NCBI GenBank assembly: GCA_036733925.1
Contig: DAIMZO010000001.1
Span: forward strand, 31,605-95,604
Reading direction: 5' to 3'
Source of the DNA: Selenomonadaceae bacterium
Lineage (GTDB): Bacteria; Bacillota; Negativicutes; Selenomonadales; Selenomonadaceae
Length of the DNA stretch: 64,000 nt
A program made the translations under genes and the position numbers. This document shows positions 1 through 9,438 of the stretch, piece by piece (positions within the stretch are counted from its first letter, which is position 1; each line of letters begins with the position of its first letter). The notes beneath the pieces are model-generated. The model did no database searches, had not been told where the DNA came from, and worked only from the letters and a program-made list of their open reading frames with translations.

Positions 1-90
1 GATATGACGCTGGAGGAGAAGGGAGCCATCAGCCATCGCGGCAAGGCGCTCCGCGAGCTCGTGAAGAAGATGGAGGATTACCTGAAATGA
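1..90 (+). CDS. rdgB: 3' end of RdgB/HAM1-type non-canonical purine NTP pyrophosphatase (5' part outside window)
   Basis: Open frame from base 1 to TGA 88-90 reads ...GAISHRGKALRELVKKMEDYLK*, which resembles the SHRG-K-A C-terminal signature of RdgB. Its stop overlaps the next ATG (ATGA). Confidence 0.55.
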   Translation, partial: DMTLEEKGAISHRGKALRELVKKMEDYLK

Positions 91-575
91 TCGTTGGAGT
101 TGTAAGCGACAGCCACGGGAACACGCGCGCCATCGACCAGATGCTGACGTTCCTCGCAGAGCAGGGCATCGAGCCCGACGCGTGGCTCCACGCCGGCGAT
201 ATGGCGCCGGATGCCGATTACCTCGCGCTGCTCACGCAGAAAGAGGCCTGCAAGGTTGCCGGGAACTGCGACTGGCCGGACTCGCGCGTGCCCTACGAGC
301 GCATCGTAGAGCTCGCGGGGCACCGCATCCTGCTGACGCACGGCCATACCTACGGCGCGCAGTACACGCTCGAGCTCATGGTGCAGGCGGCATCGGCGAA
401 GGACTGCGACGCGATCGTCTTCGGGCACACGCATGCCGCGACCTATTTCCCGGGCGCCATTACGATATTGAATCCGGGCAGCGTCGCACGTCCGCGCGAT
501 GACGGGCAGGGATCGTTCGCCCTGCTGACGCTCGAAAAAAATCAGGCGGTTTCCGCAAAAATTTTCCGGATTTAG
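87..575 (+). CDS. yfcE: YfcE/MJ0936-family metallophosphoesterase
   Basis: 162 aa. Has MIVGVVSDSHGN, GDM, LTHGH and FGHTH metallophosphoesterase motifs. Confidence 0.85.
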   Translation: MIVGVVSDSHGNTRAIDQMLTFLAEQGIEPDAWLHAGDMAPDADYLALLTQKEACKVAGNCDWPDSRVPYERIVELAGHRILLTHGHTYGAQYTLELMVQAASAKDCDAIVFGHTHAATYFPGAITILNPGSVARPRDDGQGSFALLTLEKNQAVSAKIFRI

Positions 576-701
576 AAGGAAAATTTTTGCGAATATCCAA
601 TATAGAACAATAGTGTAGTATACATTTTTGGGTCTGTGAGGAAATCACAAAAAGTGAACTCGGTTCATATTTTATGCGGCTTCATGGCACATTCTTCTTG
701 C

Positions 702-730
702 TTGTAAGACAAGATGAAATGTGCTACTAT
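702..730 (+). promoter_or_regulatory. candidate sigma-A promoter of the fumarase/sdh block (TTGTAA-17-TACTAT)
   Basis: Hexamers at 702-707 and 725-730 with a 17 nt spacer, about 45 nt upstream of the fumarase start. Confidence 0.4.
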
Positions 731-775
731 AGAGCTAAAGGTGTATGATAAGTTGTATTTATGGGAGGGATTACT

Positions 776-1618
776 TTGCGAGAACTCGACGTAAAGACAA
801 TCACGGAAAACGTGGCCGAGATGTGCAAGGAAGCAGCTTACTATCTGCCGGAAGATGTTGTGGCGGCGCTCAAGAAGGGCCGCGAGACGGAGAAGTCTCC
901 GGTAGGGCAGAACGTGCTCGACCAGATCATCAAGAATGCGGAGATCGCAAAGAATGAAGATCGTCCATACTGTCAGGATACGGGTCTCACGATTGTCTTC
1001 CTCGAAGTCGGTCAGGATCTTCATATCGTCGGCGGCGATTTGGAAGAAGCGGTCAACAAGGGCATCGGCAAGGGCTACACGGATGGCTACCTGCGCAAAT
1101 CCGTTGTCGGCGAGCCGCTGTTCAACCGCGTGAACACGGGCGACAACACGCCGGGCGTCATCTACACGAAGATCGTCCCGGGCGACAAGCTCAAGATCAC
1201 GGTCGAGCCGAAGGGTTTCGGTTCGGAGAACAAGGGCGGCGTCAAGATGCTCGTTCCGGCCGATGGCGTTGAGGGCGTGAAGAAAGCCGTCATGGACATC
1301 ATCCTCCATGCGAGCATGAACCCGTGTCCGCCGGAAGTCGTCGGTATCGGCATCGGCGGCACGATGGACAAGGCTGCGCTCATGAGCAAGGTCGCGCTGA
1401 CGCGTTCCGTCGATTCGCATAATCCGATGCCGGAATACGCGAAACTCGAGGATGAACTCCTCGATCTCATCAACCAGACGGGTATCGGACCGCAGCTCGG
1501 CGGCTCGACGACCTGCCTCGGCGTCAACATCGAATGGGGCCCGACGCATATCGCTGGCCTGCCGGTCGCTGTGACGATCTGCTGCCACGCTTGCCGTCAT
1601 AAGACCCGCACGCTTTGA
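776..1618 (+). CDS. class I (Fe-S) fumarate hydratase, alpha subunit (N-terminal catalytic domain type)
   Basis: The ORF 761-1618 translation has YCQDTG and GIGIGGT motifs of Fe-S hydro-lyases. TTG at 776 is preferred as start because GGGAGGG (763-769) lies 6 nt upstream. ATG 761 is the alternative. Confidence 0.9.
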   Translation: MRELDVKTITENVAEMCKEAAYYLPEDVVAALKKGRETEKSPVGQNVLDQIIKNAEIAKNEDRPYCQDTGLTIVFLEVGQDLHIVGGDLEEAVNKGIGKGYTDGYLRKSVVGEPLFNRVNTGDNTPGVIYTKIVPGDKLKITVEPKGFGSENKGGVKMLVPADGVEGVKKAVMDIILHASMNPCPPEVVGIGIGGTMDKAALMSKVALTRSVDSHNPMPEYAKLEDELLDLINQTGIGPQLGGSTTCLGVNIEWGPTHIAGLPVAVTICCHACRHKTRTL

Positions 1619-1661
1619 TGCGCGGACGTTTCGATGATCTGTGAGATAGGAGGATATAAAA

Positions 1662-2228
1662 ATGGCAGAACCAATCAAAATCCATACGCCGTTTACGGAA
1701 GAGATGTCGCACAAGCTCCATATCGGTGACGCGGTGCTCATCACGGGCGAGATCTACGCGGCACGCGACGCAGCGCACAAGAAGATGACGGAGGCTCTCG
1801 CACGCGGCGAGGAGCTCCCAATCGACTGGCACAACAAGATGGTCTATTACCTCGGCCCGACGCCGGCAAAACCGGGCGACCCGATCGGTTCCTGCGGCCC
1901 GACGACATCCGGCCGCATGGACGCTTACACACCGACGATGCTCGACCAGGGCATCAAGGGCATGATCGGCAAAGGCTCCCGCACGAAGGAAGTCGTCGAG
2001 TCCATGAAGAAGAACGGCGTCACGTATTTCGCGGCAGTCGGCGGCGCAGCAGCCCTGATTGCGAAATCCGTCAAGAAATACGAAGTGCTCGCGTATCCGG
2101 AACTCGGCCCGGAGGCTCTCGCAAAGCTTACGGTTGAGGATTTCCCGGCCATCGTCGTCATCGACTGCGAGGGCAACAACCTCTACGACGTCAATCAGGA
2201 GAAGTTCCGCACGCTGAAAGGCTATTGA
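1662..2228 (+). CDS. class I fumarate hydratase, beta subunit
   Basis: 188 aa. GEIYAARDAAHKK and GKG motifs are typical of the Fe-S hydro-lyase beta/C-terminal domain. Lies adjacent to the alpha subunit. Confidence 0.9.
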   Translation: MAEPIKIHTPFTEEMSHKLHIGDAVLITGEIYAARDAAHKKMTEALARGEELPIDWHNKMVYYLGPTPAKPGDPIGSCGPTTSGRMDAYTPTMLDQGIKGMIGKGSRTKEVVESMKKNGVTYFAAVGGAAALIAKSVKKYEVLAYPELGPEALAKLTVEDFPAIVVIDCEGNNLYDVNQEKFRTLKGY

Positions 2229-2248
2229 TACAGGTATAAGATGGGATG

Positions 2249-2294
2249 ACAGCAAGGCTCCCCGCGGCGTTCCGCCGCCCGTGGGCCTTGCTGT
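2249..2294 (+). other. intercistronic stem-loop between fumarase and sdhC
   Basis: Perfect 10 bp outer stem ACAGCAAGGC/GCCTTGCTGT (2249-2258 / 2285-2294) encloses an inner GCGGCG-ttc-CGCCGC hairpin (2264-2278). No U-tract follows. Confidence 0.4.
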
Positions 2295-2326
2295 ATACCC
2301 TGGAGAGAGTTTTTAGGAGGTACAGA

Positions 2327-2953
2327 ATGTATCATACAAGTTTCTATTTGCGCCGCCTGCATTCCTTAGTCGGTCTGCTCGTGCTCGGCGTGGTCATCTT
2401 CGAGCATATCTTCACGAACTCGATGGCTATGGGCGGCGCGGCAGCGCTGAACGGTGCACTCGCTATGATGGAACTCATCCCACGTCCGGTATTCCTCGCG
2501 ATTGAGGTATGCGGCATCGGCATTCCGCTGCTGTTCCATGGGATTTATGGTATCTACATCGCCCTGCAGGCCAACACGAACGCGCGTCATTACGGCTATT
2601 CCCGCAACTGGCAGTTCACGCTGCAGCGCGCGACGGCATGGTATCTGGTTGCCTTCCTGATCTGGCATGTCGGTTATCTCCGCGTCTTCACGAAGGGCGT
2701 AACGGGCACGCCGATTTCTTATGAGCTGCTCCAGAACCTCTTCACGAGCAGCCCGATTACGACGATTCTCTACATCATCGGTATGTTTGCGGCAATCTTC
2801 CACTTCACGAACGGCATCACGACGTTCTGCATGACCTGGGGCATTGCCAAGGGGCCGCGCTGCCAGAAAGTCATCAACTTCCTCTCGATGTGCCTCTGCG
2901 TCGTCCTCTGCCTCATCACGCTTGCGTTCATGGCAAGCTACTTCGTGATGTAA
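2327..2953 (+). CDS. sdhC: succinate dehydrogenase/fumarate reductase cytochrome b subunit (single-subunit, b558 type)
   Basis: Multi-TM protein with conserved His residues, directly upstream of the flavoprotein gene. ATG 2327 is preceded by AGGAGG. The longer ORF from 2246 is rejected as start. Confidence 0.85.
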   Translation: MYHTSFYLRRLHSLVGLLVLGVVIFEHIFTNSMAMGGAAALNGALAMMELIPRPVFLAIEVCGIGIPLLFHGIYGIYIALQANTNARHYGYSRNWQFTLQRATAWYLVAFLIWHVGYLRVFTKGVTGTPISYELLQNLFTSSPITTILYIIGMFAAIFHFTNGITTFCMTWGIAKGPRCQKVINFLSMCLCVVLCLITLAFMASYFVM

Positions 2954-2984
2954 GGCGAGCTGTGTAAGAAAAGGAGACAAATCC

Positions 2985-4892
2985 ATGGCTAAAAAACCAG
3001 AAAAGAAGATTATCGTCGTAGGCGGCGGCCTTTCCGGCCTCATGGCTACGCTGAAGATTTGCGAGGACGGCGGCAAGGTCGACCTGTTCTCCTATTGCCC
3101 GGTCAAGCGCTCCCATTCCCTCTGCGCGCAGGGCGGCATCAACGCCTGCATGGATACGAAGGGCGAGCATGACTCCATCTATGAGCATTTCGACGATACG
3201 GTCTACGGCGGCGACTTCCTCGCAGATCAGCTCGCAGTAAAGGGCATGGTCGAGGCTGCCCCGAAACTCATCAAGATGTTCGACCGCATGGGCGTCCCGT
3301 TCACGCGCACGGCTGAGGGCGTGCTCGACCTCCGCAACTTCGGCGGCCAGAAGAACAAGCGCACGGTCTTCGCGGGCTCCACGACGGGCCAGCAGCTCCT
3401 CTATGCGCTCGACGAGCAGGTTCGCCGCTGGGAAGTCAAGGGCGGCGTCAAGAAGTATGAGTTCTGGGAATTCATCAGGGTCATCAAGAGCAAGGACGGC
3501 ATCTGCCGCGGCATCGTCGCGCAGAACATGAACTCGAATGAGATTGTTGCGTTCCGTGCGGACGCGGTCATCCTCGCGACGGGCGGCCCGGGTCAGGTCT
3601 ACGGCCGCTGCACGGCTTCGACCATCTGCAACGGCTCCGCGGTCTCCGCTGTCTATCAGCAGGGTGCGGATCTCGGCAACCCGGAGTTCCTGCAGATCCA
3701 TCCGACGGCTATCCCGGGCTCCGACAAGAACCGCCTGATGAGCGAGGCTTGCCGCGGCGAGGGCGGACGCGTCTGGGTCTATCGCGAGAACCCGACGACG
3801 CACGAGAAAGAGCGCTGGTACTTCCTCGAGGATATGTATCCGGCATACGGCAACCTCGTGCCGCGTGACGTCGCATCCCGCGCCATCTACAAAGTCGTCG
3901 TGCACATGGGCCTCGGCATGCACAACCCGAACCGCGTCTACCTCGACCTCTCGCATATCCCGGCGGCTTATCTCGAGCGCAAGCTCGGCGGCATCCTCGA
4001 GATGTACAACGACTTCATGGGTCAGGATCCGCGCAAGGTTCCGATGGAAATCTTCCCGTCGATCCACTATTCGATGGGCGGCATCTGGGTCGACCGCATG
4101 CATCATACGAACATCCCGGGCCTGCTCGCATCCGGCGAGTGCGATTATCAGTACCATGGCGCAAACCGCCTCGGTGCGAACTCGCTGCTCTCCGCTACGT
4201 ATTCCGGCACGATCTCCGGTCCGGAGGCCCTGCGCGTCGCGCGCAGCGGCGAGCTCGGCGAGGAGCTCACGGATGAGGAGCTCGAGGCAGCACGTCAGGA
4301 GTGCGTCGATGAGTTCGACAAGATCCGCAACATGAACGGTTCGGTCAACGCGCATCAGCTCCACCACAAGCTCGGCGACATCATGTACAAGTACGTATCC
4401 GTTGAGCGCGATAACAACGGCCTTGAGCAGTGCGTGACGGAGCTCAAGGACCTCCTGAAAGAGTGGAACGACATCGGCGTCACGGATCACGGCACTTGGG
4501 CAAACCAGGAGGCTATGTTCGTCCGCCAGCTCCGCAACATGATCATCTACGCGATGGCCATCACGAAATCCGCTCTGCTGCGTGATGAGAGCCGCGGTGC
4601 GCATGCGAAGATTGTCCTGAAATCCGACTGGGATCAGCTCGATGACGCGCGCAAGGAAGGCCTTAAGAAGAAGTACGGCAAGTTCCACTTCGACGAGAAG
4701 ACGGGCCGCGCTATGACGGATGACGGCAAGGATGACCTCGTATTCTTCGAACGCGACGACAAGCGTTTCATGCGCACGACCATCGTTGACTTCGATGCGG
4801 ACAAGGAAGAGCCGGAAGTCACCTACCGTGAATTCGAGCACTCTCTCATCAAGCCGCGTCTGCGCAACTACGCCGTAGCTAAGAAAGAGTAA
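2985..4892 (+). CDS. sdhA: succinate dehydrogenase/fumarate reductase flavoprotein subunit
   Basis: 635 aa. Has the VVGGGLSGL FAD-binding fold, HSLCAQGGI (covalent FAD His), HPTA and HYSMGG motifs. Confidence 0.95.
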   Translation: MAKKPEKKIIVVGGGLSGLMATLKICEDGGKVDLFSYCPVKRSHSLCAQGGINACMDTKGEHDSIYEHFDDTVYGGDFLADQLAVKGMVEAAPKLIKMFDRMGVPFTRTAEGVLDLRNFGGQKNKRTVFAGSTTGQQLLYALDEQVRRWEVKGGVKKYEFWEFIRVIKSKDGICRGIVAQNMNSNEIVAFRADAVILATGGPGQVYGRCTASTICNGSAVSAVYQQGADLGNPEFLQIHPTAIPGSDKNRLMSEACRGEGGRVWVYRENPTTHEKERWYFLEDMYPAYGNLVPRDVASRAIYKVVVHMGLGMHNPNRVYLDLSHIPAAYLERKLGGILEMYNDFMGQDPRKVPMEIFPSIHYSMGGIWVDRMHHTNIPGLLASGECDYQYHGANRLGANSLLSATYSGTISGPEALRVARSGELGEELTDEELEAARQECVDEFDKIRNMNGSVNAHQLHHKLGDIMYKYVSVERDNNGLEQCVTELKDLLKEWNDIGVTDHGTWANQEAMFVRQLRNMIIYAMAITKSALLRDESRGAHAKIVLKSDWDQLDDARKEGLKKKYGKFHFDEKTGRAMTDDGKDDLVFFERDDKRFMRTTIVDFDADKEEPEVTYREFEHSLIKPRLRNYAVAKKE

Positions 4893-4909
4893 GAGGGAGG
4901 ATACATAGA

Positions 4910-5662
4910 ATGGCAGAACAGAAAATGGTAAGATTCATCATCGAACGCCAGGACGGCCCGAAGGACAAGCCGTATGAGCAGCAGTTCGATGTTCCGTACC
5001 GCCCCGGACTCAATGTCGTTGCGGCGCTCATGGAAATCCAGAAGAACCCGGTAACCGTCGATGGCAAGCGCGTCGCTCCTGTCGTTTGGGAGTGCAACTG
5101 CCTTGAGAAGGTCTGCGGCGCCTGCATGATGGTCATCAACGGCAAAGCCCGTCAGGCCTGCTGCTCGCTCGTCGACAAGCTCGACCAGCCGATCCATCTG
5201 GCACCGGCCCGCACGTTCCCGGTCATCCGCGACCTGCTGATCGACCGCTCCGTGATGTTCGAGTCCCTGAAGCGCATCCACGGCTGGATTGAGGTCGATG
5301 GCACTTGGGAGGTCAAGGACGCGCCAATCCAGAATCCGTACACGGCTCAGACGGCTTACGAGATCTCGCACTGCATGACCTGCGGCTGCTGCCTCGAGGC
5401 ATGCCCGAACGTTGGCCCGCAGTCCGACTTCATCGGCCCGGCTCCGACGGTCCAGGCTTATCTCTTCAACCTGCATCCGCTCGGGAAGTTCGATGCGCCG
5501 ACGCGCCTGAACGCGCTGATGGAAAAAGGCGGCATCACGAGCTGCGGCAACAGCCAGAACTGCGTCGAGGTCTGCCCGAAGAACATCAAGCTGACGACCT
5601 ACCTCGCACAGCTGAACCGCGACGTCAACAAGCAGGCTCTGCGCAACATCTTCGATCATTGA
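4910..5662 (+). CDS. sdhB: succinate dehydrogenase/fumarate reductase iron-sulfur subunit
   Basis: 250 aa. Cys clusters CxxxxCGxC, CMTCGCCLEACP and CxxCxxxCP fit 2Fe-2S/4Fe-4S/3Fe-4S centres. Confidence 0.95.
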   Translation: MAEQKMVRFIIERQDGPKDKPYEQQFDVPYRPGLNVVAALMEIQKNPVTVDGKRVAPVVWECNCLEKVCGACMMVINGKARQACCSLVDKLDQPIHLAPARTFPVIRDLLIDRSVMFESLKRIHGWIEVDGTWEVKDAPIQNPYTAQTAYEISHCMTCGCCLEACPNVGPQSDFIGPAPTVQAYLFNLHPLGKFDAPTRLNALMEKGGITSCGNSQNCVEVCPKNIKLTTYLAQLNRDVNKQALRNIFDH

Positions 5663-5697
5663 TCAAGACCCGCGCGGCCTGAGAACAGACTCGATAT

Positions 5698-5747
5698 GAA
5701 AAGCCCCATAGGGCATCCGCAATGCTGCGGGCCCTATGGGGCTTTTT
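5698..5747. terminator. bidirectional rho-independent terminator
   Basis: AAAAGCCCCATAGGGC ... GCCCTATGGGGCTTTTT: a 16 bp stem flanked by A-run and T-run, between the converging sdhB and the minus-strand regulator. Confidence 0.8.
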
Positions 5748-5783
5748 CTGTCTGCAAGGGAAATGCTGCGGGAGAAACAGGAT

Positions 5784-7299
5784 TCATCCGGTGCAGACGG
5801 CGGAATCTGCCTCAGCATCGTACTGCTCCAGTTCGTCGGCCAGGTTCAGGAGGTAGTCGTGCACGGATTTCTTGTCTTTGCGTTCCGGTGGGATATGGCG
5901 GATGCAGCGCTCGAGCGTGACGGAGGCGGCGGAGACGATACTCGCCTCGTCGCTCAGGCGGAACCCTTCCTTGTCCATCTGGATCAGCCAGGTATACTGC
6001 TTGCACCAGCAGTTGATGGCAGGCAGCGGCGCGTTGTCGGTCTCCGAGACCAGGACCACCGAAAAGTTGTCATAGCGGATCAGATCGTTGGCCAGCGTGC
6101 GGAGCTGGTGTGCGTAACGGTGGGGATGAATCTTGACATGGATCCCGCTGGCAAGGGAAAGGCTGCCGCTGACAAACGGCTGCGTATGGGCGCGGCGCAC
6201 CATTTCCTCGAGCTGGAAGATCTGGACGAACGGTTCCTTCCGGTCGGACAGTTCGTCGATATAGTCCGCTTCGGTTTCCGTGCCGACTTTGTTCAGTGCG
6301 AGGCATGCCGCGCGGGCCTCCTTGGACAAGGGGTTATCCTGCATGATGGCCTGCAGAAGTTCTTTCGGGGAGAAGAGGAAGGCCGGGGCGGGCAGGAAGG
6401 CGTAGAGCGCACCGCGCCGCCTCGATCGGAACATATTCGCCGCGATGCTGGGGAAGTCCCGTATGGGGATGTTCTCGAAGATCGGGCGGCAGCGGTGGAT
6501 GACCTGCTCCGCGAGGGACTCGTGCCGCATGATGAGCGGCAGATTTGTGAACGCCATCAGAGTGGCGGGGATATTGCCGGATGAGACCGCCATCAGGGAC
6601 AGCGTACGCCGCAGCAGGAAAAGCGAGGGGCGGAATAACGTATCGTCGTAATACTCGAAATAGTACCAGTCGACATTCCGCCGAAAGATCAGCGGGCTGA
6701 TTGCGGTGAACAGCTGGATGGAGTGCTCGCGGCTCGCGGAATAGTGGATGACGAAACGGACGCGGAAGCCGCAGGACAGCAGGTGGAGCAGCCGTTTCGT
6801 GAAGCGGGCCGCGAAGGTCTCATCCGTGACGAGCCAGCGGTACTCCGAGGTGTCGATGAAGATCAGCTCGCCGGGTTTGGAGAGGTTCTCCGCGCAGGCC
6901 AGCAGCTTCGATATGGCGCTGCGGATCCCGTCACTCCCATCGAAAAGGAATGCCGTCGTCTGCTCCCCGCCTTCCAGCAGCGGCATCGAGGAGGGATGCT
7001 GTCCGGGCAGCTTCTGCAGCGAGAGCGCCTTCCAGAGCAGGAGCTTCGGGTCATCCTGTGCTGAAATCTTATCCGAGGGCAGCATCTGGGAGAGCACCTC
7101 GGAGAATTCCTGCGGCATCTGTTTGGCAGAATCCGCCAGATAGGCGATGACGTCATCGAAGTAGACCGAGGCTTCGCCCGCCGCTTTTCCATTTGCTGAC
7201 GAGGCTCGCGTCGACATGCAGGTATCTGGCCATCGTGACGGTTTGGATCTTCATGGCGTCCATGAGAAAGCCGAGCGGTGAAAGGTGAGTAATACGCAT
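5784..7299 (-). pseudogene. XRE-type HTH regulator with large uncharacterised C-terminal domain, split by a frameshift near 7190-7200
   Basis: ATG at 7299 (GGAGG upstream) opens MRITHLSPLGFLMDAMKIQTVTMARYLHVDASLVSKWKSGGR, which stops at 7153. The 477-aa ORF (5784-7217) continues in another frame, overlapping at a GGCGGGCG run. Confidence 0.6.
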
Positions 7300-7344
7300 A
7301 GGGACAATCCTCCATTGAGAAAAAGAAAACAGAGTGGACAATTT

Positions 7345-7367
7345 TTGTCAGGAGCATTCTTTGACAA
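7345..7367. promoter_or_regulatory. inverted repeat TTGTCA-N11-TGACAA in divergent regulator/eamA intergenic region (candidate operator)
   Basis: Seen directly at 7345-7350 and 7362-7367. Lies between the HTH gene start and the candidate eamA promoter TTGCAC-17-TATTAT (7382-7410). Confidence 0.35.
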
Positions 7368-7520
7368 TCACGCAGAATCTCTTGCACAACTGGCTATCGT
7401 CCTATATTATAACATTATCTATATACAAAAATAAATAAAATCATCCAATTTCTATCGAAAAATGTTAATCCGTGTACATTGTATACAAACAACGCAGGAA
7501 AACAATAGGAGGCGAACGAT

Positions 7521-8393
7521 ATGCGCAGTCTCGTCTATATCTTGACCGCGGGTGTTCTCTGGGGCATCATCTCGATTTTTGTTTCCCGTCTTCAGGCGGC
7601 CGGCTTTGCATCACTGGAAGTGGTCGCCCTGCGGGCTCTATCGGCGGCGGGGTTCCTCTTCATCTGGATCCTCTGCCGGCATCCATCGGGTTTCCGGATC
7701 GAGCTGCGGGATATCCTGGTTTTCCTTGGCACCGGGATCGGCAGCATCGTCTTTTTCAACTACTGCTATTTCCATGCCATCCAGCTGATTGGCGGGGCGG
7801 CTGTACCGGCCCTGCTGCTGTATACGGCGCCCGCCTTTGTCCTGCTGCTCTCGGCAATCTTCTTCAAAGAGCGCGTGACGAAGGGCAAAGCGTTGGCGCT
7901 TCTCGTCATCTTGTTCGGCCTCTCCCTCGTGACCGGCGTCTGGGGCGGCGGTGAGGCGATATCGCTGCCGGCGCTTCTGCTGGGCTTGGGCTCCGGTCTC
8001 GGCTACGCGCTGTACAGCATCTTCGGCAAATCTGTGGTCGGGAAATACCGGGCGGAGACAATCACGTTCTATACGTTTCTCGTTGCGGCCATCGCCTCGA
8101 CGCTGTTTTCCAGCGTGATTCCGCATGCCATCGGCCTGCTGTCGCCGGACGTCGTCCTTTCGACCGTCTGCCTCGGCCTTTTCTGCACGGCCCTGCCATT
8201 CTTCCTCTATACGGCGGGGCTGTCCGGGATGGAGGCCGGGCGCGCGTCGCTCGCCGCGACAATCGAGCCTGTGGCGGCAGCGCTTACAGGCGTCCTATAT
8301 TTCGGCGAACGGATTTCACCCGCGGAGGGGATCGGCATGCTGCTCGTACTGCTTGCCATCTTGTCGCTGAACCTGGCATTGAGCAGGAAATAA
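7521..8393 (+). CDS. EamA/DMT-family transporter
   Basis: 290 aa, about 10 TM helices with two EamA-like halves. AGGAGG RBS. Confidence 0.9.
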   Translation: MRSLVYILTAGVLWGIISIFVSRLQAAGFASLEVVALRALSAAGFLFIWILCRHPSGFRIELRDILVFLGTGIGSIVFFNYCYFHAIQLIGGAAVPALLLYTAPAFVLLLSAIFFKERVTKGKALALLVILFGLSLVTGVWGGGEAISLPALLLGLGSGLGYALYSIFGKSVVGKYRAETITFYTFLVAAIASTLFSSVIPHAIGLLSPDVVLSTVCLGLFCTALPFFLYTAGLSGMEAGRASLAATIEPVAAALTGVLYFGERISPAEGIGMLLVLLAILSLNLALSRK

Positions 8394-8453
8394 ACCTTTG
8401 TATCTGTACAAGAACTGTCATGGTACAGTATCATGACAAAGCCATGAAATGTA

Positions 8454-8482
8454 TTGAAAACTTGTAACATATCCGTTATGAT
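8454..8482 (+). promoter_or_regulatory. candidate sigma-A promoter TTGAAA-17-TATGAT for the amidase/hydantoinase genes
   Basis: Hexamers at 8454-8459 and 8477-8482. An inverted repeat TGTCATG-N9-CATGACA lies just upstream at 8416-8438. Confidence 0.4.
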
Positions 8483-8573
8483 AAGGACAACAGTTGAACC
8501 GGCCTTCATCCGGAGGAAGCCCGAAGCCAGCTGTTCCCGTTTTTCTTTCCTGATGAGAGTGAGGTCGAGTATC

Positions 8574-9305
8574 ATGGCAAACAAGGACTACAAATTCGTG
8601 GATCATTATAACTTCGATGAAACGCTGCTGAAAAAAGCTTTTGCGGAAGCCCGTGCAATCTACAAGGAACGCGGCTTCATGAGGAAGATGGGATATGGCA
8701 AGGCGCCGGCTATCACGACGGTCGATATGGCGAAGGCCTGGATGAGCGAGGGTCACCCGTTCACCTGCGACCATTCCGAAGAGGTCTGTGCGGAGGCGCT
8801 GAAGGTACTGGAGGCCGGGCGCAAGGCTGGCGTGCCGATCTTCCATACGACGACCGGCTATGTCGGCAAGACGCAGTGGGATCTGCCGCGCTGGGATGAG
8901 AAAATCCCGATGAGCACGCTCGATATCGACAGCGACTGGATGGAGATCGATCCGAAGCTCAAGCCGCGTCCGGAGGAGCCCGTCATCCACAAGAAATACG
9001 CTTCGAATTTCTTCGGCACGCATCTCGCGCAGACGCTCAATTATCTCGGTGTGGATACCGTCATCGTCATGGGCGCGACGGCCTGCGCCTGCGTCCGCCA
9101 CACGGTTATGGATTCCACGGGCTACGGCTTCAAGACCATCGTACCGGAGGGGACGGTCGGCGACCGCGTCCCGGGCGTCATCGAATGGAACCTCTTCGAT
9201 ATGGAAGCGAAGTTCTGCGACGTCGTTCCCGTCGATGAAGTCGTGAAATATCTGGAAGGGATTGACAGCTCGGTGTATACGAAGCATGCCCGCGCGCTGG
9301 ACTGA
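8574..9305 (+). CDS. isochorismatase-family cysteine hydrolase (candidate N-carbamoylsarcosine amidase)
   Basis: Has the GATACACVRHTVMD nucleophile-Cys motif of isochorismatase-like hydrolases. ATG 8574 follows GAGGT. Sits directly upstream of hyuA/hyuB. Confidence 0.75.
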   Translation: MANKDYKFVDHYNFDETLLKKAFAEARAIYKERGFMRKMGYGKAPAITTVDMAKAWMSEGHPFTCDHSEEVCAEALKVLEAGRKAGVPIFHTTTGYVGKTQWDLPRWDEKIPMSTLDIDSDWMEIDPKLKPRPEEPVIHKKYASNFFGTHLAQTLNYLGVDTVIVMGATACACVRHTVMDSTGYGFKTIVPEGTVGDRVPGVIEWNLFDMEAKFCDVVPVDEVVKYLEGIDSSVYTKHARALD

Positions 9306-9360
9306 GCGGGAAAGCACAGGAGCTGGAACCAATGAAAAATGAACAGGAAGACAATGGTGT

Positions 9361-9418
9361 CTGCCTTTTTCAAAGCGTCAGGTTTTCCCTGGCGGTTTGA
9401 AAAAAGGCAGGCATTTTT
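9361..9418 (+). promoter_or_regulatory. long hairpin plus T-run between amidase and hyuA (internal attenuator/terminator candidate)
   Basis: CTGCCTTTTTCAAA ... TTTGAAAAAAGGCAG arms (9361-9374 / 9396-9410) with an inner CGTCAGG/CCTGGCG stem, followed by GCATTTTT. Confidence 0.4.
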
Positions 9419-9438
9419 GCTTGAAGGAGGTATTTGCG

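Noticed and set aside
635-649. TGTGA-GGAAA-TCACA perfect inverted repeat upstream of the fumarase/sdh promoter as a CRP/FNR-family site
   Set aside because: The spacer is 5 nt, not the 6 nt of the TGTGA-N6-TCACA consensus, and its centre is about 95 nt upstream of the predicted start. It is kept only as an unexplained palindrome.
2928-4841. 637-aa minus-strand ORF. The same class includes 11774-13654 (626 aa), 28819-30972 (717 aa), 43126-44841 (571 aa), 51740-54562 (940 aa), 57974-59497 (507 aa), 665-1744, 10168-11652, 19317-20864 and 44688-45944.
   Set aside because: All lie antisense to + strand genes with unmistakable family motifs (SdhA, HyuB, P-type ATPase, GTs, aldolase). Their translations are Arg/Ala/Asp/His-rich low-complexity sequences typical of shadow ORFs in GC-rich DNA, and none has a convincing RBS.
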